Assembly (NCBI RefSeq): GCF_009914755.1
Contig: NC_060929.1
Source of the DNA: the human T2T-CHM13v2.0 reference genome, Homo sapiens
Length of the DNA: 64,000 bases
Direction: 5' to 3' (one strand)
Every line of letters starts with the position of its first letter. The stretch's first letter is position 1. A program made the translations under genes and the position numbers. The notes beneath the pieces are model-generated. The model saw only the letters and a program-made list of their open reading frames with translations, did not search any database and was not told where the DNA came from. Below, piece after piece: positions 42,002-55,716 of this stretch.

Positions 42002-43343
42002 TGCATACAAGTGCAAACATGTACACACACACACAGCCCTGGCACGTCCCCTCTCCTTGTTTGATCCTACTCTAGCACGGCAGTCCTGTAGTCACATTCA
42101 TCACCGTCCTCAGGTTACCCACGAGGAAACTGAGGCTTGGTGAGGGCTACCGCAGACCAAGGACCTAGAGCTGGGAGCACTGCCTGGATCCCGGCCTGCC
42201 CATGACGCTGTGCCTCACAATAATGCTCACTTTAATGTTGGGGTGCTCCAGACAGAGATGTCTGCGCGTCTGCAAACATGGTAGCTGTGGCCCCTCACCC
42301 TAATCCAGCAGATAATCCAGGAGGGCTGAGGACCAACAGGTGGAAAAAGCCCATTTTACAGATGAGGAAATTGACACTTGGAAGAATTAAGTGACTTTCT
42401 CATTGTCACACAAATAAATAGCAGAACCTAAGGCCCTCTTCCTTCCTATCTAGGGCCCTTTCTCAGCTGCTTGGCCTTAGGGGAAGTAACGCGCTTGCTC
42501 CCTGCTCCAAGGCAGCGGACAGGAAGAAAATCAAGCAGCCTCCCTTGCAGGCCCGCAGCTATTCATTCATGCATCCTGCATTCATTCATTCACACTGCCT
42601 TGCCCTGCATTAGGTGCCAAAGCAACTCTCCAGTCCTCTCCAGGATGAAGCCTACAGGCTATGGAGGTGCTTGTTAAAACATCTTCGCCGCATTGGGCAT
42701 GGAATGTCGTGTGAATGTGAAATTGGGCCTGCCCGCCCAGCATTCTAGGGCAAGCACTGTGCTCTGCGGGACGCACACACGGAACAGCCAGGCTTCAGGG
42801 AAAACCCTTTGATCCAGGGCCCAGTCATGTCCTCTGCTCTGCTGCTGCCCCCGGACAGACAGTAAAATGTGCACATCAGTTGGAGAGAGAACACTTCATG
42901 CTCTTCTCTGGAGCTGAACAAAGAGGGAGGCAGTGCTAGGGCCAGGACAAGACACACCGGCAACGCTCAGAACTGGAATATAAGGGCAGTTGTAGTCATT
43001 CGCGGTTCTGCAGGTCAGGACTAATGGTCCTAGACTTTCTTCCTTGAAGTAAAAATCCCCCAATTAAACCTGAGCTGTCACAGTTATGGCTCAGGGTCTG
43101 ACAGCACTAGCTGGGCCGCCCTGGCAAGTTATTTATCCTCTGAGTTACAGACACTGAATCCATAAAATGCAGATGATAATCTCTCCTCCCAACTCCCCCA
43201 GGCCTTCTGGAGGATTCAGTGTTATCATGGGTGTAAAAATACCACACAGAGGGGGTTCAGTAAGTGATCTAGGGCACCCCGCTCATTGGAGAAAACCCAA
43301 GAGGGGTCCTGGCCTCGCCTCCTCCTCAGGAGATGGACTGTCA

Positions 43344-43900
<557 letters not shown>

Positions 43901-45059
43901 TCAGTTTCCTCATCCGCAAAAAGGTGGATCTGAACATTGACACCACAGGGCAGTTTTGAGATGTATGGAAATCAAACGAGATATCAGTGGTGCAACCGGC
44001 CAACACACGTCTGGCATTCAGTGGTACTCAATGAATGCAGAGTTTGGGTCTGCCGGCAACTGGAGGGGCTGGGAGAAGCCGCGGTGAATGGCAGGCCGGC
44101 CATCTGCAGCTTCAAAGATGGCTGCAGTGCACCAGCATCTGCCTCCAATGACTGTCTTGCTATCTGCTCTCGGCTTTTACTTGGAAAGATGCTTTGATAT
44201 TGACTAACCAGGAGAGCCTGATGAATTTGTGTCTTGAGAGTGCCGTGGCAGAGGCATCTTCTGCTACTGCCTGCCCATGGGGCTCAGAGGGCTGGGGGCC
44301 AGCCGCTCCCGATGGACTTGTGCTCCGGTGAACACACACCCAGAAAAGGTGCCACGGTGGGGTCCTGAGTTCACCTCTGAGGTGGGAACTCCCTCCTCTA
44401 TTCTCTCCACAGCAGGGGGGGCAACCAAAGGGGCTCACATTCCTGCCGCTTCCTTCAGTGTCTTTGTAGAAGTCTCCGTTTAGTGTGGTCAGGAAAGGCA
44501 GCAGAGATGTTAGACATCAGGCATTTTGTATACAAATAATTATTTCATAAACAAAGATCTATAAGACCATTATCCACTGTTTGAAAAATGAAAAAGAGAA
44601 AAACCCACCCTCAAGCCCATCAACCCAAGAGAATTCTCCGTATCTTTGTGGATTCCTACCTAGTCTACAGCCTTGTGCAAATGCCCTCTTAGTCTCAACT
44701 TCAGCTCATCGCTTTTCGTCTTGCATTCTCCCCTTCCTCATTAGATGACCCACGTTTTTCTGTGTTGCTTCTTCACCTCTGTGTTTACCATGTCTAGTGG
44801 CTGCCCCATTGGGAATGCCTGGGCCACCCTGTTTTCGTGCACACTCCCACGCATGTCCCACTGCCGGACACAGACCAGCTTCCACCTGCGATCGCGCTCT
44901 GTGCTGCCATCCGGGCGCAGATCCTGCTCTGGCTGTGGTCCATCCCTGTAGATGAGCCGCCAGAAGTGGTGGATGCCGCACACCACCCCCTGCAGCCTGC
45001 CACCCCACCAACTTCCCTACTGCTGCGGGATCCGAAGCAGCCATTTGAAGACCGGACTG

Positions 45060-46420
45060 TGAGACAAGCCGCAGAGAGAGAGAAAATATTTGCAAAAGGC
45101 ACATCTGATAAAGGACTGTTATCCAAAGTATACAAAGAACTCTTAAAACTCAACAATAAGAACGCGAACAGCCCCGTTAAAAATGGGCCAAAGGCCTTCA
45201 CAGATTCCTCATCAAAGAACATAGATGATGGCAAATAAGCATACGAGAGACGCTGCCCATCATATGCCATCAGGGAAGTGCAGATCCAAAATAACGATGA
45301 GGCCAGTGTGGTGGCTCACGCCTGTCATCCTAGCATTTTGGGAGGCCGAGGCAGGTGGATCACTTGAGGTTAGGAGTGCGAGACCAGCCTGGCCATTATG
45401 GTGAAACCCCGTCTCTACTAAAAATACCAAAAAAATTAGCCAGGCATGGTGGTGGGCACCTGTAATCCCAGGAACTGGGGAGGCTGAGGCAGGAGAATTG
45501 CTTGAACCTGGGAGGCAGAGGTTGCAGTGATCACACCATTGCACTCCAGCCTGGGCGACAAGAGCAAAACTGTGTCTCAAAAAATAATAATAATGATGAT
45601 GAGATACCACTACATACCTATGAGTATGGCCAAAATCCAGCACACTGAACCACCAGATGCTGGCAGGGATGTGGAGTATTGGGAAGCCTCGTCCATTGCT
45701 GGTGGGAATGCAGAAGGGTACAGGCCCTTTGGAATACAGCTTAGCAGTTTCTTACAAAACTAAACATACTCTTGCCATATGCTCCAGCTATCTTGCTCCT
45801 TGGTATTTACACAAAGAAGCTGAAAACGTATGTCCATACAAAAGCCTGAACACAGATGATTATAGCAGCTTTATACATAATTTCCAAACCTGCAAGCAGC
45901 CAAGATGTCTTTCAGTAGGTGAGTGGGTAGGTAAGTTGTGGTACAGCCACAGTTTGGGATATTATTTAGCTACATAATATTTAGCACTGAATAATATTCT
46001 ATTATTCAATGCTGACAAGAAATGAGCTCTCAAGCCAGGAACAGACATGGAGGAAGCTTAAATGCATATTATTAGGAGAAAGAAGCTATCTGAAAAGGCC
46101 ACATGCTGTGATTCCAGCTAGATGACATTCTGGGAAAGGCAAAACTATGGAGATGGTGAAAAGATCACTCGTTGCCAGGGGCTGGGGGAGGGAGGGATGA
46201 ATAGTTGGAGCACGGGGGATTTGGGGGACAGTGAAACTATTCTGTATGATACTATAATGGTGGATACATGTCATTGTGTATTTATCCAAACCCACAGACT
46301 GTCCAGCACCAGGAGTGGTCCCCTAATGTTAACTGTGGAGTTTGGGTGATGGCATGTCATTGGTTTATTAATTCTAAGGAATGTACCCTCTGGTGGGGGA
46401 TGTTGATCCCTGATCCAGGG
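45060..46420 (+). mobile_element. L1MC/MD-type ORF2 end and 3' UTR, interrupted by an Alu
   Basis: Translation EKIFAKGTSDKGLLSKVYKELLKLNNK matches the L1 ORF2p C-terminus; TGACATTCTGGGAAAGGCAAAACTATGGAGA 3' UTR. Confidence 0.9.
45301..45595 (+). mobile_element. Alu SINE
   Basis: Dimer inserted in the L1; flanks AATAACGATGA / AATAATGATGA. Confidence 0.96.
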
Positions 46421-47769
46421 AGGAAGGAGTATTAGGAAGCCAATTTGGCTCTGGTCCAAGCCCTCTCCTCCAGTCCAGCCTTTCCAGCAATGAGGGTATC
46501 ATCAAAAGCCCACATCTATGCTCACTGGCTCAGATATCACAGGGAAAAGAGAACGAGGAATCCAAAGTCCTGAGCAATCGTGTCCCCTTAGGTGACCAAG
46601 CCTTCTGCTGTGGGCTCCCCGAGGCATTTCCTGGGAGAAGGGTCTCTGGCTTCCCAAGATGCCATCTCTCCAGCCAAGAAGGTGCCCTGGGCAGTCCCCG
46701 AGGCTGGCCATCCCCTCTAGAACCTGCAGGACCATGGAGCCAGCTCTTTGCACGAGGAGGAGCCTTCCTGGATCAAAACCTACCAAGATAACAGGGAACC
46801 AGGGGCAGCTTCCAGGGCCCCTTCCTCATTCTGCTGCTCGGAACTCCTTGTGACAAGGACTGAGTGAGTGTCCGGAGTGACTGCCAGCTGGGCCTGTGCT
46901 CTGTGTCCAGGAGCCGCGGCAGGGTGCCCAGCGGGGCCTCTTGGATGCTCCTCCTGGCTGGCAGCCCCTGCCCGGCCCAGGCCTTTTTAGCCCCCGAGCC
47001 AGGATGGCAGCCTCTTCTCCTGACCTCATTATGTCAGCGCCCGGATTGTGTGCTGGGGCTGGGCTGGGGACAGGATGTTTTCTGCTTCTCCAGGACATTG
47101 TCACTCTCTTGGCCTGTGATCATTCATTTCAGGGCCTCATTTTGTTCCTGAACTGGGCTCAGTGTTAGGATTTTAACTGCTCATCTGCCCAGATGGGGGC
47201 TGTGCAAGCAGGGTCTGCAAGCAACTCTGCCCCTGGAGTGGTGCCTCGTGGGGGTGGGGGCAGGGCTGCCTTTGCCTCCCTATTGTTTCCAAGCCAGCTC
47301 CCTACCCGCACACAGACAGGCAGGCCCTCCGTGAGTGTCCTGAGACCCTACCACACCCCAGTGCTGCCCAGGCCCAGCACCCGGGGTGCGGGTGTACCTT
47401 CTTTTCTGCTCGTGATTGGCTGGGGCACGCGACTGCTCTGTAAACCAGGTGCGGGGAGGGCCAGGCAAATACTTAGGTATGTTGGGCCCCATGCCAGGCA
47501 CCAGGGCATTTCAGCGCCTTTACAGCTCCTCACAGCCTGGGGAGGTGGGTATTACCTCATCCTGCAGTGGATGGGGCATGCGCCTCGGGAAAGGCCGGGA
47601 CTCATCCAAGGTCACAGGGCAGAGCTGGGGCGCCACCAGGCCCGTCTACCTCAAGCCCAGCACCCCACACCACACCACAGGCCTCCCCTCCACACCCCAC
47701 GAGCGAAGGGCCCCTCCTCTGCCTTCCTCTAGAGAAAGTTGCCCTGCTTCCCCGGCCTGAGCCTCACGG

Positions 47770-48005
47770 TGTGAAAGAAAAACAAAATGCCAGGACCTCA
47801 AACTCACCATGCCAAAGCGAAAGTTAAGCTCAGAAACTGAGTCAGGCAAAAACTGCCTTCCTTTTCTTCCCAAACAGATAGCTGCAGTGTCGCATGCTTA
47901 CTTTAGCTTGTGTAAACTGTAGATTTAGTGAGTGGGAGATGAATGCAGAATTTTGGCTCCCCTCACTCCCTTCTTTTCATGCGTAAAATGTAGATTCATT
48001 GAGTG
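47770..48005 (+). mobile_element. MER4-group ERV1 LTR 5' fragment
   Basis: TGTGAAAGAAAAACAAAATGCCAGGACCTCAAACTCACCATGCCAAAGCGAAAGTTAAGCT resembles MER4 LTR starts. Confidence 0.7.
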
Positions 48006-49757
48006 CCGCTTCCTGGTCTTCCTGGTGAGGCTGCACGCACTCTCGCCTGGACACTGCACACTCCCTACTGCCTCCCCCAGCTCATTTTCCACATTGACGC
48101 CAGAGGGATCTGAGCACATGGCCCTGACTGTGTCCCTCCCTGCACCACCCTCTATGGCTCCCCATGGCCTACTGGCTACCGTCCAAGTGTCTGAGCCTCT
48201 GCTTAGAGGGTCTACAGTGTGGCCCTACTTCCTTTCCCTGACCTATGGCCTGGCTCTAACCCCACCTCCCTCTGCACCACTCCCCAGGCATGGCTAGAAC
48301 TCTGCTACAGTTCTGTCCCCACTGACCGTGCCTTTCCCTGTGCAGGGTCGCCCTTTCATGTTCCTTGTCCAGGCAGGCTCTGGAGTCAGCTTTCACAACC
48401 TGTCCCCAGGAAGTATGTTCAGCCAGGGAGGTCAGCCAGGTACTCTGTCCCCTGAGGTGCACCTGGAAAGACCCACGTGCCTCAGCCTGTCATGCTGAAC
48501 TTTTAAGAGCACCAGAAACTTCTGGGTGGAACTGTCACTTCGAGACCTTAATCCAGAATATGCTGCATTATCTTGATTGGACATTCATTTCCTGTCTCCC
48601 GAGAACGATCACACCCCATAAGGAATTTCTCCCATGCAAGCAATTAACAAAGACACACAGGTGACTTCACTGGGGCCCCAGGTTCCTGGGTCTCTGCCCA
48701 CTGGAATTCTGCCACTCACTGTCAAGAATTCCAGAAACGGGTTCCGATTTCCTAAGGACATCAATGGCACCAGTTGCACAATTCCATCCTGGGGCTCATA
48801 GTCCCCTGGAAAGGACACAATGGGACGTGGGAAGACAAGGAAAGAAGAGTAGTTCTGTGCTCGTGAGAGGCGAGCTTCTCTCTTCCTAGGGGCTGCCAAT
48901 ACCCTGGCTCTCACCTCCGTGGGAAAGATCCATGTATGTCCACGTGTGACGAGCGCAGCAGAGTGAGCACAGAGTGTGAGCGTGCAGAGAATACTGGGCT
49001 CCTGCCTGATGTCCAGGTAGGAGACTGAGAAAGGAAACTAACAAAGTTGGATGGTTTCTTTCAATGGCAACTTGGGAAATAGAGCATTCTGATAAAATGA
49101 GAACAAAATAATCCATTTGCTTGATTCAACACTAGTCACATTTTCTGAGTGCTGTGTCCCAGACCCTGGGATCTGGGTCTGTGATATTCTCTCCCAGCCA
49201 TGCATAGGTGGTGCCTTGTGGTTGCTAGGTATGGTGGGTACAGAGGTAGGTGAGTCCCTACCTGGGAGTCAGGCAGCATCCCACAGCCCTCACGTGATGC
49301 CCTGGGTGAGTTCATACAGACGTAAAGACATGAGCGGCCTGCTGCAGGAGCACAGGGCAGGGAGATGGTGGAGGAAGAGATGCCAGAGGGAGACGGGCTA
49401 GGAAGGAGGAGCAGAGTTCTCCAGGCAGGGGAGGGAGACCAGAGCCCCAGGCAGTAAGTGCGGTGTGAGCAAAGACATAGAGGGAGCACCGCCAGCTTAT
49501 GGGATGGCAAGTGGGTGGGCTGAGGATGCTGAATGACAGTGACAGAGGCATGAGAAGGATCCCAGGAAGGCCAGTGGGCCCAGGCTGCCAGTGGGGAGCT
49601 GGGCTTGGGGTTGCAAAACTCAGGAACTGCCCTCCTGTCACACGCAGGGTGTGTCCTGGTCAGAGCTGGTTTTGGAAAGCTCGTTCTGGGGGCAGACACC
49701 TCTTCACACACAGACTGTTCTGGGACACAGCTGCCATGGTGAAGTTCCCAAAGACAC

Positions 49758-50220
49758 TACGGTTGACAGAATAGTGGCTCCCCACAGATAGCCCTTCCCT
49801 AATCCCCAGAACCCGCGAATGGTTCCTTCTGTGGGAACAGAAACTGCAGATGTGATGAAGTTCCGGATATCGAGACGGGGAGACTATTCTAGATTAGTTT
49901 GGCCCCAGACGTAATCACAAATGTCAAAGTGGAAGATCAGATACAGAAGAGAAGTAGGCGATGTGGCCATGGAGCAGAGACTGGAGTGATGCAGCCACAA
50001 GCCAAGGAACGCTGGCAGCGGCCAGGAGCTGAAGAGGCAAAGAACGGATTCTCCCCTGGAGCCTCCAGAAGGAAGCTGCCCTGCCACCATCTTGATTTCA
50101 GCCTTTCAAAAGACTCATTGCAAACTTCCGGCCTCAGGAACATTAAGAGACTAGATCTGTGTTGTGTTAAGCCACCAAGTTTGTGATAATTTGCTACAGC
50201 GTCCACAAGAAACTAATACA
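49758..50220 (+). mobile_element. MaLR LTR (MLT1C/D-type)
   Basis: GATGCAGCCACAAGCCAAGGAAC, GATTCTCCCCTGGAGCCTCCAGAAGGAA, TTAAGCCACCAAGTTTGTG, terminal GAAACTAATACA. Confidence 0.9.
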
Positions 50221-51429
50221 GCCACCTTCTTGAATTGTCACACATTGGCAGTCACGAAATATCTCACTTGGAGAAGAGTCATATCAAAGTTGTCTGTGGT
50301 CACTTTGGCTAAGTAGACTAAACACGGGATGGGGGAAAATCTCTGACTCAGACTTTCTCTGGGCAAAGAACAGAAATCCATGAGAAATGATTTACCAGTT
50401 CTGATGCGAAATCTAAGAAGTTAAAAGTCCTGCTGAAATAGAAAGGGGCTTTTGCAAACTGCTTGTAAGGTCTTGGAATAAAATCTGGTACGTCCCCTGA
50501 GTGTTTTAGGACTCTGGCTACAATGAATCATTGCAGCATTCTTCAAGGTAACTTATAGAACCCTTTCCTTTTATTTCAAAGCCTTCAGGAAAAAGTCCTC
50601 ACATTTATTCATGTGGACGAGGTCCAACTAAGAAAAGAGAAAGCACTCCAAGGAATTACAACAGAGGGAATTTAATGCAGACGGCTCGTTACACAGGTGT
50701 TGGAGGAATTGAAAAGCCAAACAGAGGACATTTTAAATGACCCACAGGTTTGCAACAGCAGATAGTGACTACCACCCCTCAGCTGGAGTGATAAGTGGCA
50801 GGAGGTTGTGGGGACCCTGGCAGGAAATATGGGAGAAATACCCCATTTCTCTTTGCCCCACCCTCTCGCCTGCCTCCTACGCTCCCGGCAGGAAGTCAGA
50901 AGACCCAGGAGCTACAGGGCTCAGGGTCTGTCACATGGAGCAGAGCAGGAAAGAAGCAGAGAACAAGGAGGCAGGAAACACCCAGAGCTGGGCTTGCAGA
51001 CTGAGCGAGGCCTCAGTCACCCTCCAACTGAAGAGACTCAAGCCAGGAAGCAGGGAGAGGATGCTGGGCAGAAGCCAAAGGAAGTAGAAGGCAAAGAACC
51101 CCTAAGCCAATGTTCTGGGGCTGGTAAGGGCCCAGCCCTGGGACAGTCGTGCTGAGCGCCTGCCTGGGACAAGTGCCCCAGGGCCCTCCCCTGCTCTTCC
51201 TTGAGGTCCTGGGCACAGGCTCCCTTTCAGCTGTTCTGCTGACCTGTTTGGTCCTTACCCCCCTTGCAGTGGTCACTAGGACTCCCCAGAGCTCCCTTCA
51301 CCCACCAACCAATTCTGGCAACTCGAATCCACCACACCCCTTACTACTGGTAGCCCTGGACTGCTGAGACCATGGTAGCTGGAGTTCCCTTGGTTTCCCT
51401 CTCCGAGAGGTTTATTTCCCTCCTGACAC

Positions 51430-52120
51430 CAAATGCAATGGTGTCTTTTCCATCCTCCTTCCTCCAACACCAACCAGAAGTCCCACAGTTCAGTTCCATC
51501 CTGACACTACTGGAAGTTGGTATGGACTCCGCAGGTTTAAGGCCCAGTCCCCCAAGACTGCTCCCACCGCAGAACCCAGCTGTAAGCTCTGGGCCACCAA
51601 CTGCCAATAAATCAGGGGCTCCCACGACCGCCTCCTCAGGCTCGGTGATTTGCTAGAGTGTTTCACAGAACTCAGGAACACATCCTACTTACATTTACCA
51701 GCTTAGAAAGAATACAAATGAACAGCCAGATGAGGGGGTCCACAGGGCAGTGTCTAGGGCGGTCCTGAGGCAGGAGCTTCTTCTGTCCCTGTGGAGTTGG
51801 GGTGGGGTCGCCACCCTCCTAACACATGGAAGCTCTCGGAACCTCGTTGCTGAGGGTTTTTATGGAGGCTTTACTACGGGCACAGTTGATCAGATCATTG
51901 GCAATTGGTGATTAAACTCAACCTCCAGCCTCTTTCCCCACCCCAGAAGTGGAGGGTGGGGCTGAAAGTTCCAGTCCTCTGACCCGCAGCTCTCCAGGGG
52001 CCCTGAGCCACCAGTCACGTCATTACATACAAAGACACTCCTATCACTCTGAATAGTCCAAGGATTTTAGAGTTCTGTGTCAGAACCAGGGATAAATACC
52101 AAATACTTATTTTTACCACA
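51430..52120 (-). mobile_element. MER21-type LTR
   Basis: ATTTGCTAGAG..TCACAGAACTCAGG, GTTTTTATGGAGGCTT, GGGGCTGAAAGTTCCA resemble antisense MER21C. Confidence 0.75.
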
Positions 52121-52140
52121 CTCTCATTCATTTAACCCTC

Positions 52141-52500
52141 TGTTAATGGCTGAATTGTGCCCCCTTAAATTCACATATTGACGTCTTAACCCCCAGTACC
52201 TTAGGAGATTACTGTTTTTGGAGATGGAAACTTTAAGTGATTAAGTTAAAATGAGGTCGTGTGTCCTAATCCAACAGGACTGGTGTCCTTACAACAAGAG
52301 AAGATGAAGACACAGACACACACAGAAGGACGGCCATGTGAGGACACAGGGAGAGGCAGCTACCTGCAAGCCAAGGAGAGAGGCCTCAGGAGAAACCAGC
52401 CCTGCCCACACCTTGATCTCAGAGCTCCAGCCTCCGGGCCTGAGAAAATAAATGTCCATTGTTGATGCCATCCCAACTGGTACTTTGTTATGGCAGCGCA
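52141..52500 (+). mobile_element. MaLR LTR (MLT1A/B-type)
   Basis: CTGAATTGTGCCCCC, CCTAATCCAACAGGACTGGTGTCCTTA, GCAAGCCAAGGAGAGAGGCCTCAG, TTTGTTATGGCAGC. Confidence 0.88.
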
Positions 52501-53489
52501 CACACTCACACACCCTCCCAATGCCTCAGGAAACAGCGACTGTCATCTTCTCCACTTTCCAGATAGGGAAATCAAGGCTTAGAGAAGTGGGCTGCCCCAG
52601 GTCACACACTGATGCCCCAGGTCACACTGTGGGTCAGTGGCAGGCTGGGCTTTTCTGCTGGCCTCTGCAGCCTTCTTGGGTACCTCCTCCTCACGTACTC
52701 ACTGGCCCCGAGGCACTGTTCTCCAGGACAGATGCAGCAACCACACATGGTCCCACCAGGACAGCGCCCCTGCAGCACGGTGGCCTCGGGCAAAATGCCT
52801 GGACCAGGACTTGGACATTGGGCGGCTGTGTGACAGGCATGGACTCTCACATGTCTGAACCTCACACCTCATCTGTAAAATGGTGAGGTTGGGTGAAGAT
52901 CAAAGGAGAGGAGGGGCAGCTGAGCCCCAGCCTGGGGCCTTCCCTGGGGCCTTCCACTGGCGCTCTTCCTGGGACCCCAGCTGGGCGCCTGGCCTTGCAT
53001 CCCAGGTGGGTAATCTGGAGACAGTGGGGGGCTCTGGCCCTGGTGCTGCTGAGGGAGGGAAGAATCTGACCCTACCTGTGCCCCTCTAGAGGCCGGTGCC
53101 TCCCCAACATCTCCACTTCACCGCTGAGGAAACTGAGGCCTGGGATGGTGGAGGGCTGTGGGGTATCATTTTCTTAGGGCCCCAGTGCTAGAGCTTAATG
53201 GAGATGGGATTCCAGCTCAGGGCTGGTTTCAAAGCCTCTGCCCGCTGCAGGAAGGCAGGCATCCACTTCTGAACCCTCGGTCTCAGCCCTTGCAGGGCAG
53301 CCCAGCCCCGACCCTGCCGCCGGTCAAGACTGTGTTTCCCAGGGGCCTCTGCTGCAAGGGAGGGGGTCGGCACCCGTCCAGCACCGCTCGCTCGATTTCC
53401 AGCCAGCACCGGATGCAGGCGCTGTGTGCCCAGCGGGGCGAGCAATAATCTTTTCGTCTATTCCTGGCTCCTGGAGATTTGCCTCTCTC

Positions 53490-53700
53490 TGGGGAAATTA
53501 CTTTGGGGTCACAGTGAAATTTCTGTGACAGCTAATAAAGTAACCTTTCTGTTTCTGGAACCAGATCCTGGAGTCCGGGACCCCTGTGGGCTCTGTATTG
53601 TATTTTTTTCTCCTCTTTTAATCTCCGGATGAGGTGAAAGAAGGGAATGGGAGTGTGGCTCATTCCCAGCTGAACGGGACTTCCTGGCCCAGGCTGGCTC
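53490..53700 (+). repeat. Left arm of ~210-bp inverted duplication (IR3)
   Basis: TGGGGAAATTACTTT...CTTTCTGTTTCTGGAACCAGATCCTGGAG...GGAGTGTGGCTCA aligns to the reverse complement of 55511-55716. ORFs 53509- and 55431+ both end GSGSRNRK.TLLAVTEISL. Confidence 0.96.
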
Positions 53701-55510
53701 TGACATTTGCAAACATGGAGCTCAGGGACCACGGTGTCACCACTGGAGCCCCAAGTGATCTTCACCTATATGTGGGGTGATTCAGGAGTCCCAACTTCAA
53801 CCCTCCACTTGGCAAACCTGGGTGCGGAGCCCTGAGCTGGGCACAGAAAGGCAGCCCAGCCCTGGGGTGCAGACCACGCATGGCTCACAGCAGCTGCCAT
53901 GGTGGCGTTCCATCCCAGCTCTGCCACCTGACCTCAGGCGAGTTACTGAGCTCTCTCAGACTGAGTTACTTCACCTGCAAAACTAGATAACTACAGGATG
54001 CATCTCGTGGGCTTCCCGGGCAGCTGCAGAATTTCTGATGAGGAAAAGCGAGGGGGAGGGAGGTGATCTGGTTTCAGGGTGTTGAGAGGGAAAGCTGCTT
54101 TTGAAGCCGCAATTGCATGCAGGGCCCTGTTTACCTTAGATGGTATGTTTTGGAGGTGGCCCTGGAGAGGGCACCCCCATCCCCCTCAACTTCCCGGACC
54201 TGTCACTGAGGACTGAGTCAGATGACGCGCAGAATCGTCTAACACGATGCTTGCCACATAGGTAGCACAGAAAATGTTGATGCCACATCATTTTAGGACT
54301 GTTTGACTCTTGCCCGGGATGAGTTTACAGAACAAGAGGGAGGCAGCCACACAGCGGTCATTACAAGTGCGCCAAATGTGCTGGGCATCGTGGGCATGCA
54401 CAGCAAGCATGCTTAATTCTGCCTGGGCACTGAAGGCCGACTTCACGGAGCTGGTGACATTTTAACTGAGGCACGAAGGATGCGCCTGGCCTCAACAGGC
54501 TGAGTGGGAGGGGAGAGGGAGGTCAACATGAGCAAAATGGGGGCATAGCAAGGACCCTCCTGGAAAAGTTGGGGGTGAGGTAGCCCAGACCCCTGAAAAC
54601 CATCCTAGGAGGGGATGCTGAGTCCCAAACCCAGATGTCTGGTGTTTAGTGCTATGGACAGTGTGGGAAGTGAGAGAGACAGAGGCAGAAAGACCAGAGA
54701 GGAGGCTGCCCCCATCCCAGGCAGCCGGTGTCCAGGTCAGCGGTTGTGGCGAGCACGGGGAGAGGGCAAGAACCTCAGGACCCTGCAAGGCTGCATTGGG
54801 GGGTGGGGTCGGGGTGGCTGGAAGGGGAGGGCAGGAAGAGCAGGTGCAGAGGGTGGGGTACGTTTCAAAGGGAGAAGGCACAGAACACCAACTACGGTCC
54901 AAACCACCTGGAAACACACTGTGTGTTCTTCCCAAAATGTGCCATTGTCAAGGATGCCCTAGGGCTGACTCGGAACAAGAGCTCCAGAATGCTGAGCGAG
55001 GTGCTGCTTCCCTGTGGCATCCCTGTGCAGCGGTGGTGACCAGCTAAGCCCTCCTTACTGAACAAAGAGGTGGGAACTCAAAGATAAACTCTGCTCATTC
55101 CTCATTACCCGTCCAGGCCACAGAGCTCACAGCTAACATTTATTGGGTACTTACCATGTGAAGACACAGTGCCAAGCCCCTGGCAGGCTTGGTAAAAACT
55201 CTTGAGAAGTGTTACCCCCATTTTGCAAAAGAAGAGACTGGGGGTCAGAGAGGTTTCACTTCTCAGTTAAAGCTGCACAGTGGTAGACGGTGGAGCTGGG
55301 GTCGACCTGGCCTGCACAATTGACAGAACGCATTCAGAGCCTCATCTCTCGAATTGCTTGTTTCCTGGTGATCCCCCTCCCTAAGATCACAAGGCTGTGT
55401 AGAACAGGGATTTGAACCTGGGACTGTCTATTGCCAAGTCATATATTCTTAATACCCTGCCCTCCACCTCAGTGGAGTATAATCTTGTTCTTTTATCTAA
55501 TTCCTGGTGG

Positions 55511-55716
55511 GAGCAAGCCTCGGCCAGGAGGTCATTCAGCTGGGAGTGAGCCACACTCCTGTTCCTGCCCTTCACCTCATCTGGTGATTAAAAGAGAAAA
55601 ACATACAATACACAGCCCACAGGGGTCCTGGGCTCCAGGATCTGGTTCCAGAAACAGAAAGCTTACTTTACTGGCTGTCACAGAAATCTCGCTGTGACCC
55701 TAAAGTAATTTCCCCA
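55511..55716 (-). repeat. Right arm of inverted duplication IR3
   Basis: GAGCAAGCCTCGGCCAGGAGGTCATTCAGCTGGGA ... CTCCAGGATCTGGTTCCAGAAACAGAAAG ... AAAGTAATTTCCCCA. Confidence 0.96.

Noticed and set aside
44837-45238. 133-aa ORF with protein-like composition
   Set aside because: Non-ATG start, and the C-terminal part is an L1 ORF2p remnant.
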